From NCBI GenBank assembly GCA_965216565.1, contig OZ244170.1, forward strand, positions 3,072,001 to 3,136,000: 64,000 nucleotides of DNA. The letters are read 5' to 3'. This DNA is from Bythopirellula sp. (lineage in GTDB: Bacteria; Planctomycetota; Planctomycetia; Pirellulales; Lacipirellulaceae). Below are positions 28,706-37,335 of the stretch, one piece after another. Position 1 is the first letter of the stretch, and every line of letters starts with the position of its first letter. The translations under genes and the position numbers were made by a program. Under the pieces are notes generated by a model. The model worked only from the letters and a program-made list of their open reading frames with translations, searched no databases and was not told the DNA's origin.

Positions 28706-30031
28706 ATGCCAAAAGCTCTAGCTACATTTGCACTGTTTGTCGGGCTACTGTTTACTCAGTTTGCCTCGGCACAGTTGATCTCTATAGATGGCGTACCCCC
28801 GCACGGTTCTTCCGGCCAGATTACGGGGAATGTCTTTGGTGTCGATCCGGCAACGCACAGCGTGGCGGCCTATCTGAATATCGAAGGCTCAGGTTGGTGG
28901 ACCAAACCGAACTTCGGCATGCCCACTGTGCCCATCAATATCGATGGCACCTTCGAGGTAAACATCGGTTTCGATGGGCTCGACGAATACGCTTCCACTT
29001 ATGTGGTCTCCGTGGTGCCCAACGGCCACACTCCACCGCAGATGAATGGGAGTTCGTCGCTTGATCTGGGTGGCAGTTCCATAGTGTCTAACTACGAGCA
29101 GCGTTATGGCACCAACCTAAACTTTGCCGGCTACGATTGGGGGGTGAAAGAAGTTCCCGCTATGGTTGGTCCAGGTGGGAATTACTTTTCTGCCAGTTCA
29201 CAAGACGTGTGGGTTGACGGGGATGGTTTGCATCTCACGATCCAGAAACACGGCAACCTGTGGTTCAGTACCGAGGTGGTTCTACCCGAGGTACTCGGCT
29301 ACGGCACATACATGTTTCAAACCACCAGTCGGCAAGATCTTTTAGACGCCAATGCAACCTTCGGTGCCTTTACCTGGGATAATTTTGGTGACGATGGATC
29401 GAAGCCCAATTGGCCATTTCGCGAGATTGATTTTGAAGACTCGCGTTGGGGCAATCCCAGTTCGCCGACAAACTCGCAAGCTGTTGTGCAACCCTATTTC
29501 ACGTCGGGTGCCGTCCAAGCTTTCGCACTTCCCGATCTAAGCACCGATGCTGACCTCACTCGCTTCTTTCGTTGGTCTCCCGGCAAGGTGGAGTTTTTCA
29601 CCCTGCTCGGACATCATCAGCCCGACGACTTCCCCGAATCGGCGATCATCGATCATTCGGTTATCGAGGATAACCCAACTACAGGCTTGAAAGTTCCTGA
29701 ACCGGGTCGCGAGAACTTCCGCTTCAATCTATGGCTGAACAACAATTCGGGCACCCTGAGTGGCCAATCTGCAGAAGTAGTAATCAACGATTTCCAGTAC
29801 GCGCCTTACTGGGCCGGTGATTTCGATTTCAACGGCAAAGTCGACGGTCGTGATTTTCTAAAATGGCAACTCGATCCAAGCATCGGTTCGCTCAGCGATT
29901 GGGAGGCCGACTATGGCAGCGTCCCCAATCAAACGGCTTCCGCCACTACCGTGCCCGAACCAACATCGCTCGCGCTATTCGCCGCTTGCGGACTGGCCCT
30001 AGTCACCCTGCGACGCAAAACCTACGCGTGA
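28706..30031 (+). CDS. PEP-CTERM protein with GH16-like domain and dockerin-like motif
   Basis: Signal peptide; REIDFE (ExDxE) motif; GDFDFNGKVDGRDFLKWQ; VPEPTS-TM-RRK tail. Confidence 0.8.
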   Translation: MPKALATFALFVGLLFTQFASAQLISIDGVPPHGSSGQITGNVFGVDPATHSVAAYLNIEGSGWWTKPNFGMPTVPINIDGTFEVNIGFDGLDEYASTYVVSVVPNGHTPPQMNGSSSLDLGGSSIVSNYEQRYGTNLNFAGYDWGVKEVPAMVGPGGNYFSASSQDVWVDGDGLHLTIQKHGNLWFSTEVVLPEVLGYGTYMFQTTSRQDLLDANATFGAFTWDNFGDDGSKPNWPFREIDFEDSRWGNPSSPTNSQAVVQPYFTSGAVQAFALPDLSTDADLTRFFRWSPGKVEFFTLLGHHQPDDFPESAIIDHSVIEDNPTTGLKVPEPGRENFRFNLWLNNNSGTLSGQSAEVVINDFQYAPYWAGDFDFNGKVDGRDFLKWQLDPSIGSLSDWEADYGSVPNQTASATTVPEPTSLALFAACGLALVTLRRKTYA

Positions 30032-30143
30032 GCCGATTGCGCGGTTAAACCGCAAACGCCACCCATCGCGGACGAGTAGAACCGTGTGTTTTGTGCTTAG
30101 CACGTTGAAAATTTACATTCTTCACAGGAGAATTCCCAGAGAC

Positions 30144-31439
30144 ATGGCCGCCACCCAATATGTCCGCCGCACAATTACTCTCGCAGTTCTTGCCAGTTGC
30201 CTCGGGATGCTTCCGCTCTTGTCCCATTCGGCTGGCTCGAAAGAGGCCGCTACCGAGACTGTCGTTACTGCTAAGGCGGAAGACATTCTCGGTGATCCCG
30301 ACTATTTAGCCTATTCTTACGGTGCCTATCGAGGGGAACATCGCGGCACCAGCGAGCCCACGCTGAACGAACTCAAAGAAGACCTCCGCATTTTGTCGGC
30401 AATGGGAGTCCGACTCATCCGCACCTACAGCACGCGCGCCAAACACACACCACGATTGCTCCAGGCAATTCGAGAACTAGGCCAGCAACCGCCTCGCGAG
30501 GGCAAACCTCCGTTTGAAATGCATGTGATGTTGGGTGCCTGGATAGAATGCCAAGGTGCCTGGTCAGATGCGCCCGATCATGAAAACCAAAGCGAAGACA
30601 ACGGGCCAGAAATTCAAACCGCGATCGAACTGGCCAACGAGTACCCGGAAAGCGTCAAGATCATTGCTGTCGGGAACGAATCCATGGTGCATTGGGCCGA
30701 GGGCTACTATGTGCGCCCCAAGATCATTCTAGAGTGGGTCGAGCATTTACAAGATCTCAAACAGACAGGCCAACTGTCTGAGGATATTTGGATCACCAGC
30801 TCCGAAAACTTTGCGGCCTGGGGCGGAATTGCAGAATACCAAACCGAAGATTTGCGAAAGCTAATCCGCGCGGTTGATTTCGTTTCCCTGCATACCTACC
30901 CCTATCACGACACACACTACAATCCCAGCTTTTGGAAGACGCCGGCAGACCTGAAAGACAAAACTCCGCTCGAAAAAATTGACGCTGCCATGGCCCGGGC
31001 GAAACAGCACGCCCAGAACGAATTTAAGAACACGTCCGACTACATCCACAGCGTCGCCCCCAACAAGCCCGTCCATATTGGCGAAACAGGCTGGTCTACT
31101 CGCGATACAGGAATCAGGGGACCCGAAGGTTCGCGCGCAGCGGACGAATACAAAGCGAAGATTTACCACGACGCAATCCGCAAGTGGACACGCGCAGCGA
31201 ACATCACCTGTTTTTACTTCGAAGCCTTTGACGAACCCTGGAAAGCCATCGCCACCCGCGACGAGTCGGAAAGCCATTTCGGCATGATCAATATCGAGGG
31301 ACAGGCAAAATTCGCGCTGTGGGACATGGTCGACGCGGGAGTGTTCCAGGGCCTCACACGTGGTGGTCTGCCAATTACGAAAACCTATGCTGGTGACAAA
31401 TCGCAGGTCCTAAGTGCCGCGATGGTTCTCCCGGAGTAA
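30144..31439 (+). CDS. Glycoside hydrolase family 17-like (beta-1,3-glucanase/glucanosyltransferase)
   Basis: LIRTYS, IAVGNES, HTYPY, IGETGW, FYFEAFDEPWK; start moved to ATG 30144. Confidence 0.85.
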   Translation: MAATQYVRRTITLAVLASCLGMLPLLSHSAGSKEAATETVVTAKAEDILGDPDYLAYSYGAYRGEHRGTSEPTLNELKEDLRILSAMGVRLIRTYSTRAKHTPRLLQAIRELGQQPPREGKPPFEMHVMLGAWIECQGAWSDAPDHENQSEDNGPEIQTAIELANEYPESVKIIAVGNESMVHWAEGYYVRPKIILEWVEHLQDLKQTGQLSEDIWITSSENFAAWGGIAEYQTEDLRKLIRAVDFVSLHTYPYHDTHYNPSFWKTPADLKDKTPLEKIDAAMARAKQHAQNEFKNTSDYIHSVAPNKPVHIGETGWSTRDTGIRGPEGSRAADEYKAKIYHDAIRKWTRAANITCFYFEAFDEPWKAIATRDESESHFGMINIEGQAKFALWDMVDAGVFQGLTRGGLPITKTYAGDKSQVLSAAMVLPE

Positions 31440-31646
31440 TGAGCAGACTGTGGCCCACAGAATTCTGGCGGTGCACGTGCGCCAAACATTTCAATCCCCA
31501 GACGACATTTAGTCGCAGCGAGCGAGACGCGTTTGACCAGGGCCAGCGGACCGTTAGAATCTCCTCCATGGTGCTAGCTCGGGCGATCTTCGACTTGGTC
31601 GAAAACGTCCCCAATTGGAAAACATTCTACGGCAGAGGAGAATACG

Positions 31647-32408
31647 ATGGCGCTCACACTCAAGGGACGTTTTGATGGCAAGAAGATTTTGATCACCGGG
31701 GGCACCTCCGGCATTGGCAAAGCAACCGCCGAGCGGATCCTGGCCGAGGGCGGCAAAGTAATCATTACCGGCACCAATCAAGAGAAACTCGACTCGTTCC
31801 AGAAAGAACACGCCGATGCCCAAACCCTGGCCAACGATGCCGGGGATCCCCAAGCGGCTAAAGAGCTAGGCGAGTTTGTCAAAACGCAGTTTGGCCATGT
31901 CGATGCCATCTTTCTCAACGCCGGCTTTGGAAACTTCGTGCCGCACAACGAGGTCTCTGCGGAGGAATTCGACAAGCAATTTGCGGTCAACGTCCGCGGG
32001 CCAATCCTCCATGCTCGGGAGCTATCGGGTTTGCTCAACGACGGCGGTTCGATCCTGATCACTGCCTCGGTCGCGCAATACTTGGGGATGGAAGGCGGCA
32101 TCGTCTACAACTCAACGAAGGGTGCGGTCCGCACGGTAGTGCGGGTACTTGCCGCGGAGCTTGCACCCCGCAATGTCCGCGTGAACGCCATCAGCCCAGG
32201 CCCGATTGAAACCAGCTTCTTCAAGCGTGCCGACATGGCCGAGCAAGACGAGAAAGAGCTCACCGAACAAATCACTCAGCAAGTGCCGCTGGGTCGTTTC
32301 GGCGAATCTGAAGAAGTGGCAGCCGTCGCAACATTTCTCATGTCCGACGATGCTTCCTACGTCACCGGCAGCGACTACGTGGTCGACGGCGGCATGACGA
32401 AAATGTAA
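31647..32408 (+). CDS. SDR family oxidoreductase
   Basis: TGGTSGIG, NAG, YNSTK (YxxxK), RVNAISPGPIET, VDGG. Confidence 0.95.
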   Translation: MALTLKGRFDGKKILITGGTSGIGKATAERILAEGGKVIITGTNQEKLDSFQKEHADAQTLANDAGDPQAAKELGEFVKTQFGHVDAIFLNAGFGNFVPHNEVSAEEFDKQFAVNVRGPILHARELSGLLNDGGSILITASVAQYLGMEGGIVYNSTKGAVRTVVRVLAAELAPRNVRVNAISPGPIETSFFKRADMAEQDEKELTEQITQQVPLGRFGESEEVAAVATFLMSDDASYVTGSDYVVDGGMTKM

Positions 32409-32715
32409 CCCATAGTGAAGGGTCGGCACTCAACCGCTATTCTGAGTCGACTATTCACTTTCGACCATTGCCCCTCGTTTTCGCAAGCAGAGCTCTTCAC
32501 AACAAAGTGCAGCCACTTTGTCTGCATTTCAGTGCGCGCTGCTCTGCTGGTGTTATTCGCACATCCTCAAAGTTATCTCAACTGCGGTGCGTCCCAAGGT
32601 TACAATAGGCGAGCTGCCATGAGCAAAGTAGCACTCTCTTCACTAGTACAGATAACTCCGAGCCTTACACAATCAATCCAGGTCCACAGCTACTGCTTCC
32701 AAAGAAAGAGACTTC

Positions 32716-33405
32716 ATGACCAGATCGAACATAGGATTCGTTTGCACAGCACTTCTTGCCATTGCACTTTGTTCAACGACCAACGCGCATACCGATTTCA
32801 CAGTTGGCACAGCCAACACCTCCAATTTTGATCTCGACGGACCAGTGCTCGAGACGCAAGGTGATTTGGGTACCAACACAGCGCAGGCGACAATCTTCGC
32901 CCCCAATCTGCCAACCGAATTCGTCACCGGTGGCGTGACGGCGCTAACTCTTGACGTAGTGGGCTCTCGCTTAGGCGGCAATGGCAACATCGCTTCAGAG
33001 GCCACGACACTGTCCCCTGATGGCATCGGCGTAGTTGGCGGCATTCTTTCCGACGAGCTCGGCCCTGGCGAAGCGCTGTCTTTCTCGCTCTCCTCAGTCA
33101 GCACGGGGGCTCAGCCAGTCATTACCGGTCTTGTGCTCGACAGTTTTCGGGACAGCTTTTTCCCCTTCTCGACGTTCACGCTTACCGGTGCGACGTTCAA
33201 CGGAGGCGACACCACCTTTGATGGCGAGTTCGACGACCTCCCCCTCGCCTTCGATAACCCGGTAAGCTCCGTTACCATCACTTCCACCACCGGCGATGGT
33301 GCCAGCGATTTCGTTGTGTCGGGTGTTTCTGTCGCCATCCCCGAACCTGGGTCGATCGTACTGCTGCTCACCGCCTCGCTGGCCATTGTTAGCCGACGGC
33401 ATTAG
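32716..33405 (+). CDS. PEP-CTERM sorting domain protein
   Basis: Signal peptide; IPEPGSIVLLLTASLAIVSRRH tail. Confidence 0.88.
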   Translation: MTRSNIGFVCTALLAIALCSTTNAHTDFTVGTANTSNFDLDGPVLETQGDLGTNTAQATIFAPNLPTEFVTGGVTALTLDVVGSRLGGNGNIASEATTLSPDGIGVVGGILSDELGPGEALSFSLSSVSTGAQPVITGLVLDSFRDSFFPFSTFTLTGATFNGGDTTFDGEFDDLPLAFDNPVSSVTITSTTGDGASDFVVSGVSVAIPEPGSIVLLLTASLAIVSRRH

Positions 33406-33544
33406 ATGCGAATCTGTGTGTACAAGCGGCACACGTTACTCAGGCGCGGGGACCGTCACCTGCACTAATTCCCCTTCCACGGGGCTATGGCACCGGTTTT
33501 CGCTGCAGGCCATGTACGTGAGTTTGACGTTCAGGCTCGTCGGC
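33338..33544. repeat. 207-bp direct repeat, copy 1 (PEP-CTERM tail + orphan 3' end of the DsbD-like gene at 33436-33544, minus)
   Basis: Near-identical to 36493-36698; minus strand encodes PTSLNVKLTYMACSENRCHSPVEGELVQVTVPAPE*. Confidence 0.92.
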
Positions 33545-33932
33545 GCTGATGTGTTTCATGGACTAACGCGAAGCGGTCAGCCAATTAACAAAGCCCACGA
33601 CGGCGATACTTCCAAGCTCATGAACACAGTGTTGAGCCCTTCTGATTAGAACAATGTCGGCAGTATGCAATCGTCAATAATTCTTAGCTCGACCGTTGCC
33701 TAAACCTATGACAGGAGTTCCATAGGGAAGCTGTTTCCCCAGAGTTTACCCTCTTTTTGCAATCTAAGAGTTGCACCTCTATAGTATAGGTAGCGGGCAC
33801 CGCTTTTTGAGCTTGAATAGGTACCTTCCCCATCATGCGGACCGCCGCTTGAAATTGGGAGCGCAATGTTTCCGGCGAAACTGCACAAGTTTCATTTTCA
33901 CTGACCGCCTACATTCGGCAGAAGACAGCCTC

Positions 33933-36560
33933 ATGAAAAAGACTGATCTTGTTTCACTCTTCCCAATGCTCCTCGGCATTCTGCTCGTGAGCATTTCTAC
34001 CCTGCCGGTCTTTGGTCAATTCACTACAGTAATCAACATCCCACCTGATCCCGATCTGGGCAACGGCCAATCGATTGGGTCGGACACGCAGTTGAATCTC
34101 GGCGCGGGCGGATCGATCGGTTCGACGTTTGCCGCCGGTGCGACCGATGGCAGCAGCACGAATGTCGAAGTGAATATTTCTGGCGGCACCGTTGGCAACT
34201 CCTTCCGATCGTTCGGAGGAAGCACGGTCAACATTTCGGGAGGCGCTCTGGGAAATTCGTTCCGCGCCTTTAGCGGGAGTACCGTCAGGGTTTCGGGGGG
34301 CACACTCGGCGATAGTCTTGTGATTTCTGCGGGCTCAGATTTCGAAGTCTCGGGAGGAACCGTAGGTGATGACCCCGTGCTGTTTGTCAATGCGGTTCTT
34401 GACATGACAGGCGGTTCAATTGGCAATAACTTGGAGACTCGCAACAACAGCGCGGTCAACATCTCGGGAGGACACATTGGTACCGGTGCCGGTGGCCCGC
34501 GAACTAACTGGGATGTCTCAGGTGGGTTTGTCGACACCGATCTTCTCTTAAACCTAAACAGTTCTCTTGATTTGTCGGGAGGCTCGGTCGGCCATGGACT
34601 GACGCTCTCCAGCAACAGCGAAGTGAACTTGCTCGGCGACGATTTTTTTCTCGACGGCGTTCCCATCAACATCCCTGGCAGCACGCTACCATTCAATCTG
34701 CCGGCGGGAGCAATCTTGAGCGGCACTCTCTCCGATGGCGTCTCATTTACCCTTTCCACCGATCACAACGACGTGCTTCCCGATGGCACGATCACGCTTG
34801 TTCCAACGCCCATTGTGGTTACCGGGCCGCCCCTCATCACCCTTCCCGCGGACCCCGTGCCCGGCGGAGTGGGGGCGGGGCAGACGCTTGAAGTCACGAG
34901 CGGAACTGACCTACGTAACGATTTCGACGCGGGACCGGGCAGTACGGTCAACACCACCAATAGCAATGTTGGTGCTTGGTTCCAATCGGTAGGATCCAAT
35001 GTGAACGTCTCCGGCGGTTCCGTGGGGGACGATTTCCTGGCCATTCGTAGCAGTTCGGTCGACATCGCTAATTCTGCGGTCGGCGAGCGATTCCGCTCAC
35101 TCGAACAAAGCGACATCACCATCACCAACAGTCCTATCGGCGACAATTTTACAGCAGCCGGAGGGAGCACGGTAAATCTAAGCGGGACGACGGGGGGACG
35201 GGCTTTCCGACTCACCGAGAACAGCGTGCTGAACATCGATGGTAATGGTCAGGTTGCCACGCAAGGGTCATTCTCCGATGCGTTTCTGGCATCGGGCGGT
35301 AGCGAAGTGAATCTCAATAGTGGCAATATTGGCAACAACGCCGAGATTACAGGTAGCGGCACCACGCTCAATATTAATGGCGGGTCAATCGGGAGTTCTT
35401 TCGATGCAACGGACGGTAGTATTGTAAATCTCACTACAGGATCGATTGGTGGAGTAAGAGGAACCGATAGTACAATAAATATTGATGGAGGAACTGCTGG
35501 CGGAGTAAGTGGAAACCTTCTCAATCTGACGGATGGATCAATTGAATTAGCAGACGTCGAGACGTTAAACATGTCCGGAGGAACAATTGGCCCTGAAAGC
35601 CAGATCAGAACAGAAGCAAACCTGTCTGGCGGTTCCATCGGTCGACAATTAGAAGTAGACAGCGGAGCAGAACTAAACATCTTCGGCGGCGAGTTCATGC
35701 TCGATGGCGTAACGATTGCGGGGCTCGACAATCCTGGTGATTCGGCTGGCGTTACCCTGACTAGTCCGTTTCAATTGACTGGAATCCTGGAAGATGGGAC
35801 TCCGTTCGCGTTTCACGACCTTGATCGGGATCTAATCACCGATGCCAATATTACATTGTTCAGAACGGCACTCCCCGCCATTGGCCCCGCTTCTATTTCT
35901 CTTCCTACTGACCCCGTACCCGACGGTCTACGCGATGGTCAAACTTTGACGATCGAGGCGGGTGGTTCCACGGGAGAGATATTTAACGCCGGACCAGGGA
36001 GCACCGTGATCCTCGATGGTGGGGAAATTGGTGAAGATTTCGAAGCAGTCGGTGCCGACGTACAAATTCTCGACGGCATCGTTCAAGATCACTTCGATGC
36101 CTTGGCTGGCAGCACCGTACTGATTTCCGGCGGTGATATTCGAGAATTTTCTGCACTGAACGGCAGCATAGTTGAAGTCACTGGGGGATTAATCCGCACC
36201 AATAGCGACTTTAATGTCTCAGCTGGAGCCATGGTAACAATCGCTGGTGGAGTCTGGCCCGATACCATTTTTAACGATGATGTGTCTTTCAGTGCCGGTA
36301 GCGATGTACATATCTTCGGTAGAGGCGGTTTCCGCATTAATGGCGATCCAATTCCTGGGCTAGAGAATCCAGGCGATAGCATCCTGGTAGACGCGTCCAC
36401 CGTTGATTTTCTTCAAGCAATTCTGCGCGACGGCAATCCTTTCATCGTCAATGACGTGCAATCCGGCGCAATGATCCGGCTCACCCGCGTCGTCCCCGAA
36501 CCTGGGTCGATTGTACTCCTACTCACCGCCTCGCTGGCCATTGTTAGCCGACGGCGTTAG
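33933..36560 (+). CDS. Large Gly-rich repetitive PEP-CTERM surface protein (875 aa)
   Basis: Start moved to ATG 33933 (MKKTD + signal peptide); many VNISGG-type repeats; VPEPGS tail. Confidence 0.9.
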   Translation: MKKTDLVSLFPMLLGILLVSISTLPVFGQFTTVINIPPDPDLGNGQSIGSDTQLNLGAGGSIGSTFAAGATDGSSTNVEVNISGGTVGNSFRSFGGSTVNISGGALGNSFRAFSGSTVRVSGGTLGDSLVISAGSDFEVSGGTVGDDPVLFVNAVLDMTGGSIGNNLETRNNSAVNISGGHIGTGAGGPRTNWDVSGGFVDTDLLLNLNSSLDLSGGSVGHGLTLSSNSEVNLLGDDFFLDGVPINIPGSTLPFNLPAGAILSGTLSDGVSFTLSTDHNDVLPDGTITLVPTPIVVTGPPLITLPADPVPGGVGAGQTLEVTSGTDLRNDFDAGPGSTVNTTNSNVGAWFQSVGSNVNVSGGSVGDDFLAIRSSSVDIANSAVGERFRSLEQSDITITNSPIGDNFTAAGGSTVNLSGTTGGRAFRLTENSVLNIDGNGQVATQGSFSDAFLASGGSEVNLNSGNIGNNAEITGSGTTLNINGGSIGSSFDATDGSIVNLTTGSIGGVRGTDSTINIDGGTAGGVSGNLLNLTDGSIELADVETLNMSGGTIGPESQIRTEANLSGGSIGRQLEVDSGAELNIFGGEFMLDGVTIAGLDNPGDSAGVTLTSPFQLTGILEDGTPFAFHDLDRDLITDANITLFRTALPAIGPASISLPTDPVPDGLRDGQTLTIEAGGSTGEIFNAGPGSTVILDGGEIGEDFEAVGADVQILDGIVQDHFDALAGSTVLISGGDIREFSALNGSIVEVTGGLIRTNSDFNVSAGAMVTIAGGVWPDTIFNDDVSFSAGSDVHIFGRGGFRINGDPIPGLENPGDSILVDASTVDFLQAILRDGNPFIVNDVQSGAMIRLTRVVPEPGSIVLLLTASLAIVSRRR

Positions 36561-36698
36561 ATGCGAATCTGTGTGTACAAGCGGCCACGTTACTCAGGCG
36601 GAGGTACCGTCACCTGCACTAGTTCCCCTTCCACGGGGCTGTGGCACCGGTTTTCGCTGCAGGCCATGTACGTGAGTTTGACGTTCAGGCTTGTCGGC
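36493..36698. repeat. Direct repeat, copy 2
   Basis: Matches 33338-33544 with one indel and scattered substitutions. Confidence 0.92.
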
Positions 36699-37264
36699 TC
36701 CTGCGGCGGAGTTTGAAAGCGAACCGGCAGATAGAGCGCGACCGGTCCGTCTGGATAGATGGGAAAAGTTAAATTCAAAACTTCTTCCACGTGGATCATT
36801 TCTGGCTTGTCGGCGATCAGCGCGTCGACATCCGCAATCAAATCCGAGGGCTCCAGTTCGATGAGCGTAGGACGCCCCAAACCGCTGATGCCCTCTTTCG
36901 GGAGAGTCTTGCTGTACAGGTGATAACCGGCATCGTCGGGTGTGAAGACGCCGCGGATAACGAGTTGCCCCTCGTCACTCCACGCCGCACTAAGTTCCAC
37001 CGCAACACGTCCGCCATCGTCGTGATGCGCATCGGCAATCGGCTCATAGTCTAAACTGGCAAGCGGATTGCCGGAAACCTTCGCGGGCTCAGCCTTCACC
37101 TCCGCCGGTGCGGAGTCCTGGACGTCAGACTCGCTGCAGCCGACCACCGTCGATCCAAGTAGCATTCCAAGAACGAGTATGCTACGGCACCTTTTAATTC
37201 CTCTGAACTCAACCAATGAATTCTCCTCTATCTTTTCGCGTTTGCGTTTAATATCTGATGTCAA
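36590..37264 (-). CDS. DsbD N-terminal (alpha)-like domain lipoprotein
   Basis: Lipobox-like VVGC; GYHLYS; C-terminal YMACSENRCHSP resembling the DsbD-alpha YQGC..C.PP redox loop; start uncertain. Confidence 0.75.
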   Translation of the reverse strand: MTSDIKRKREKIEENSLVEFRGIKRCRSILVLGMLLGSTVVGCSESDVQDSAPAEVKAEPAKVSGNPLASLDYEPIADAHHDDGGRVAVELSAAWSDEGQLVIRGVFTPDDAGYHLYSKTLPKEGISGLGRPTLIELEPSDLIADVDALIADKPEMIHVEEVLNLTFPIYPDGPVALYLPVRFQTPPQEPTSLNVKLTYMACSENRCHSPVEGELVQVTVPPPE

Positions 37265-37335
37265 TTCTGGTTCAACCCGCGGCTAGCGCCGTCGGCTCAA
37301 GAGGTATTCCGGGTTGATGGTGGTGCAAGCCTCCC

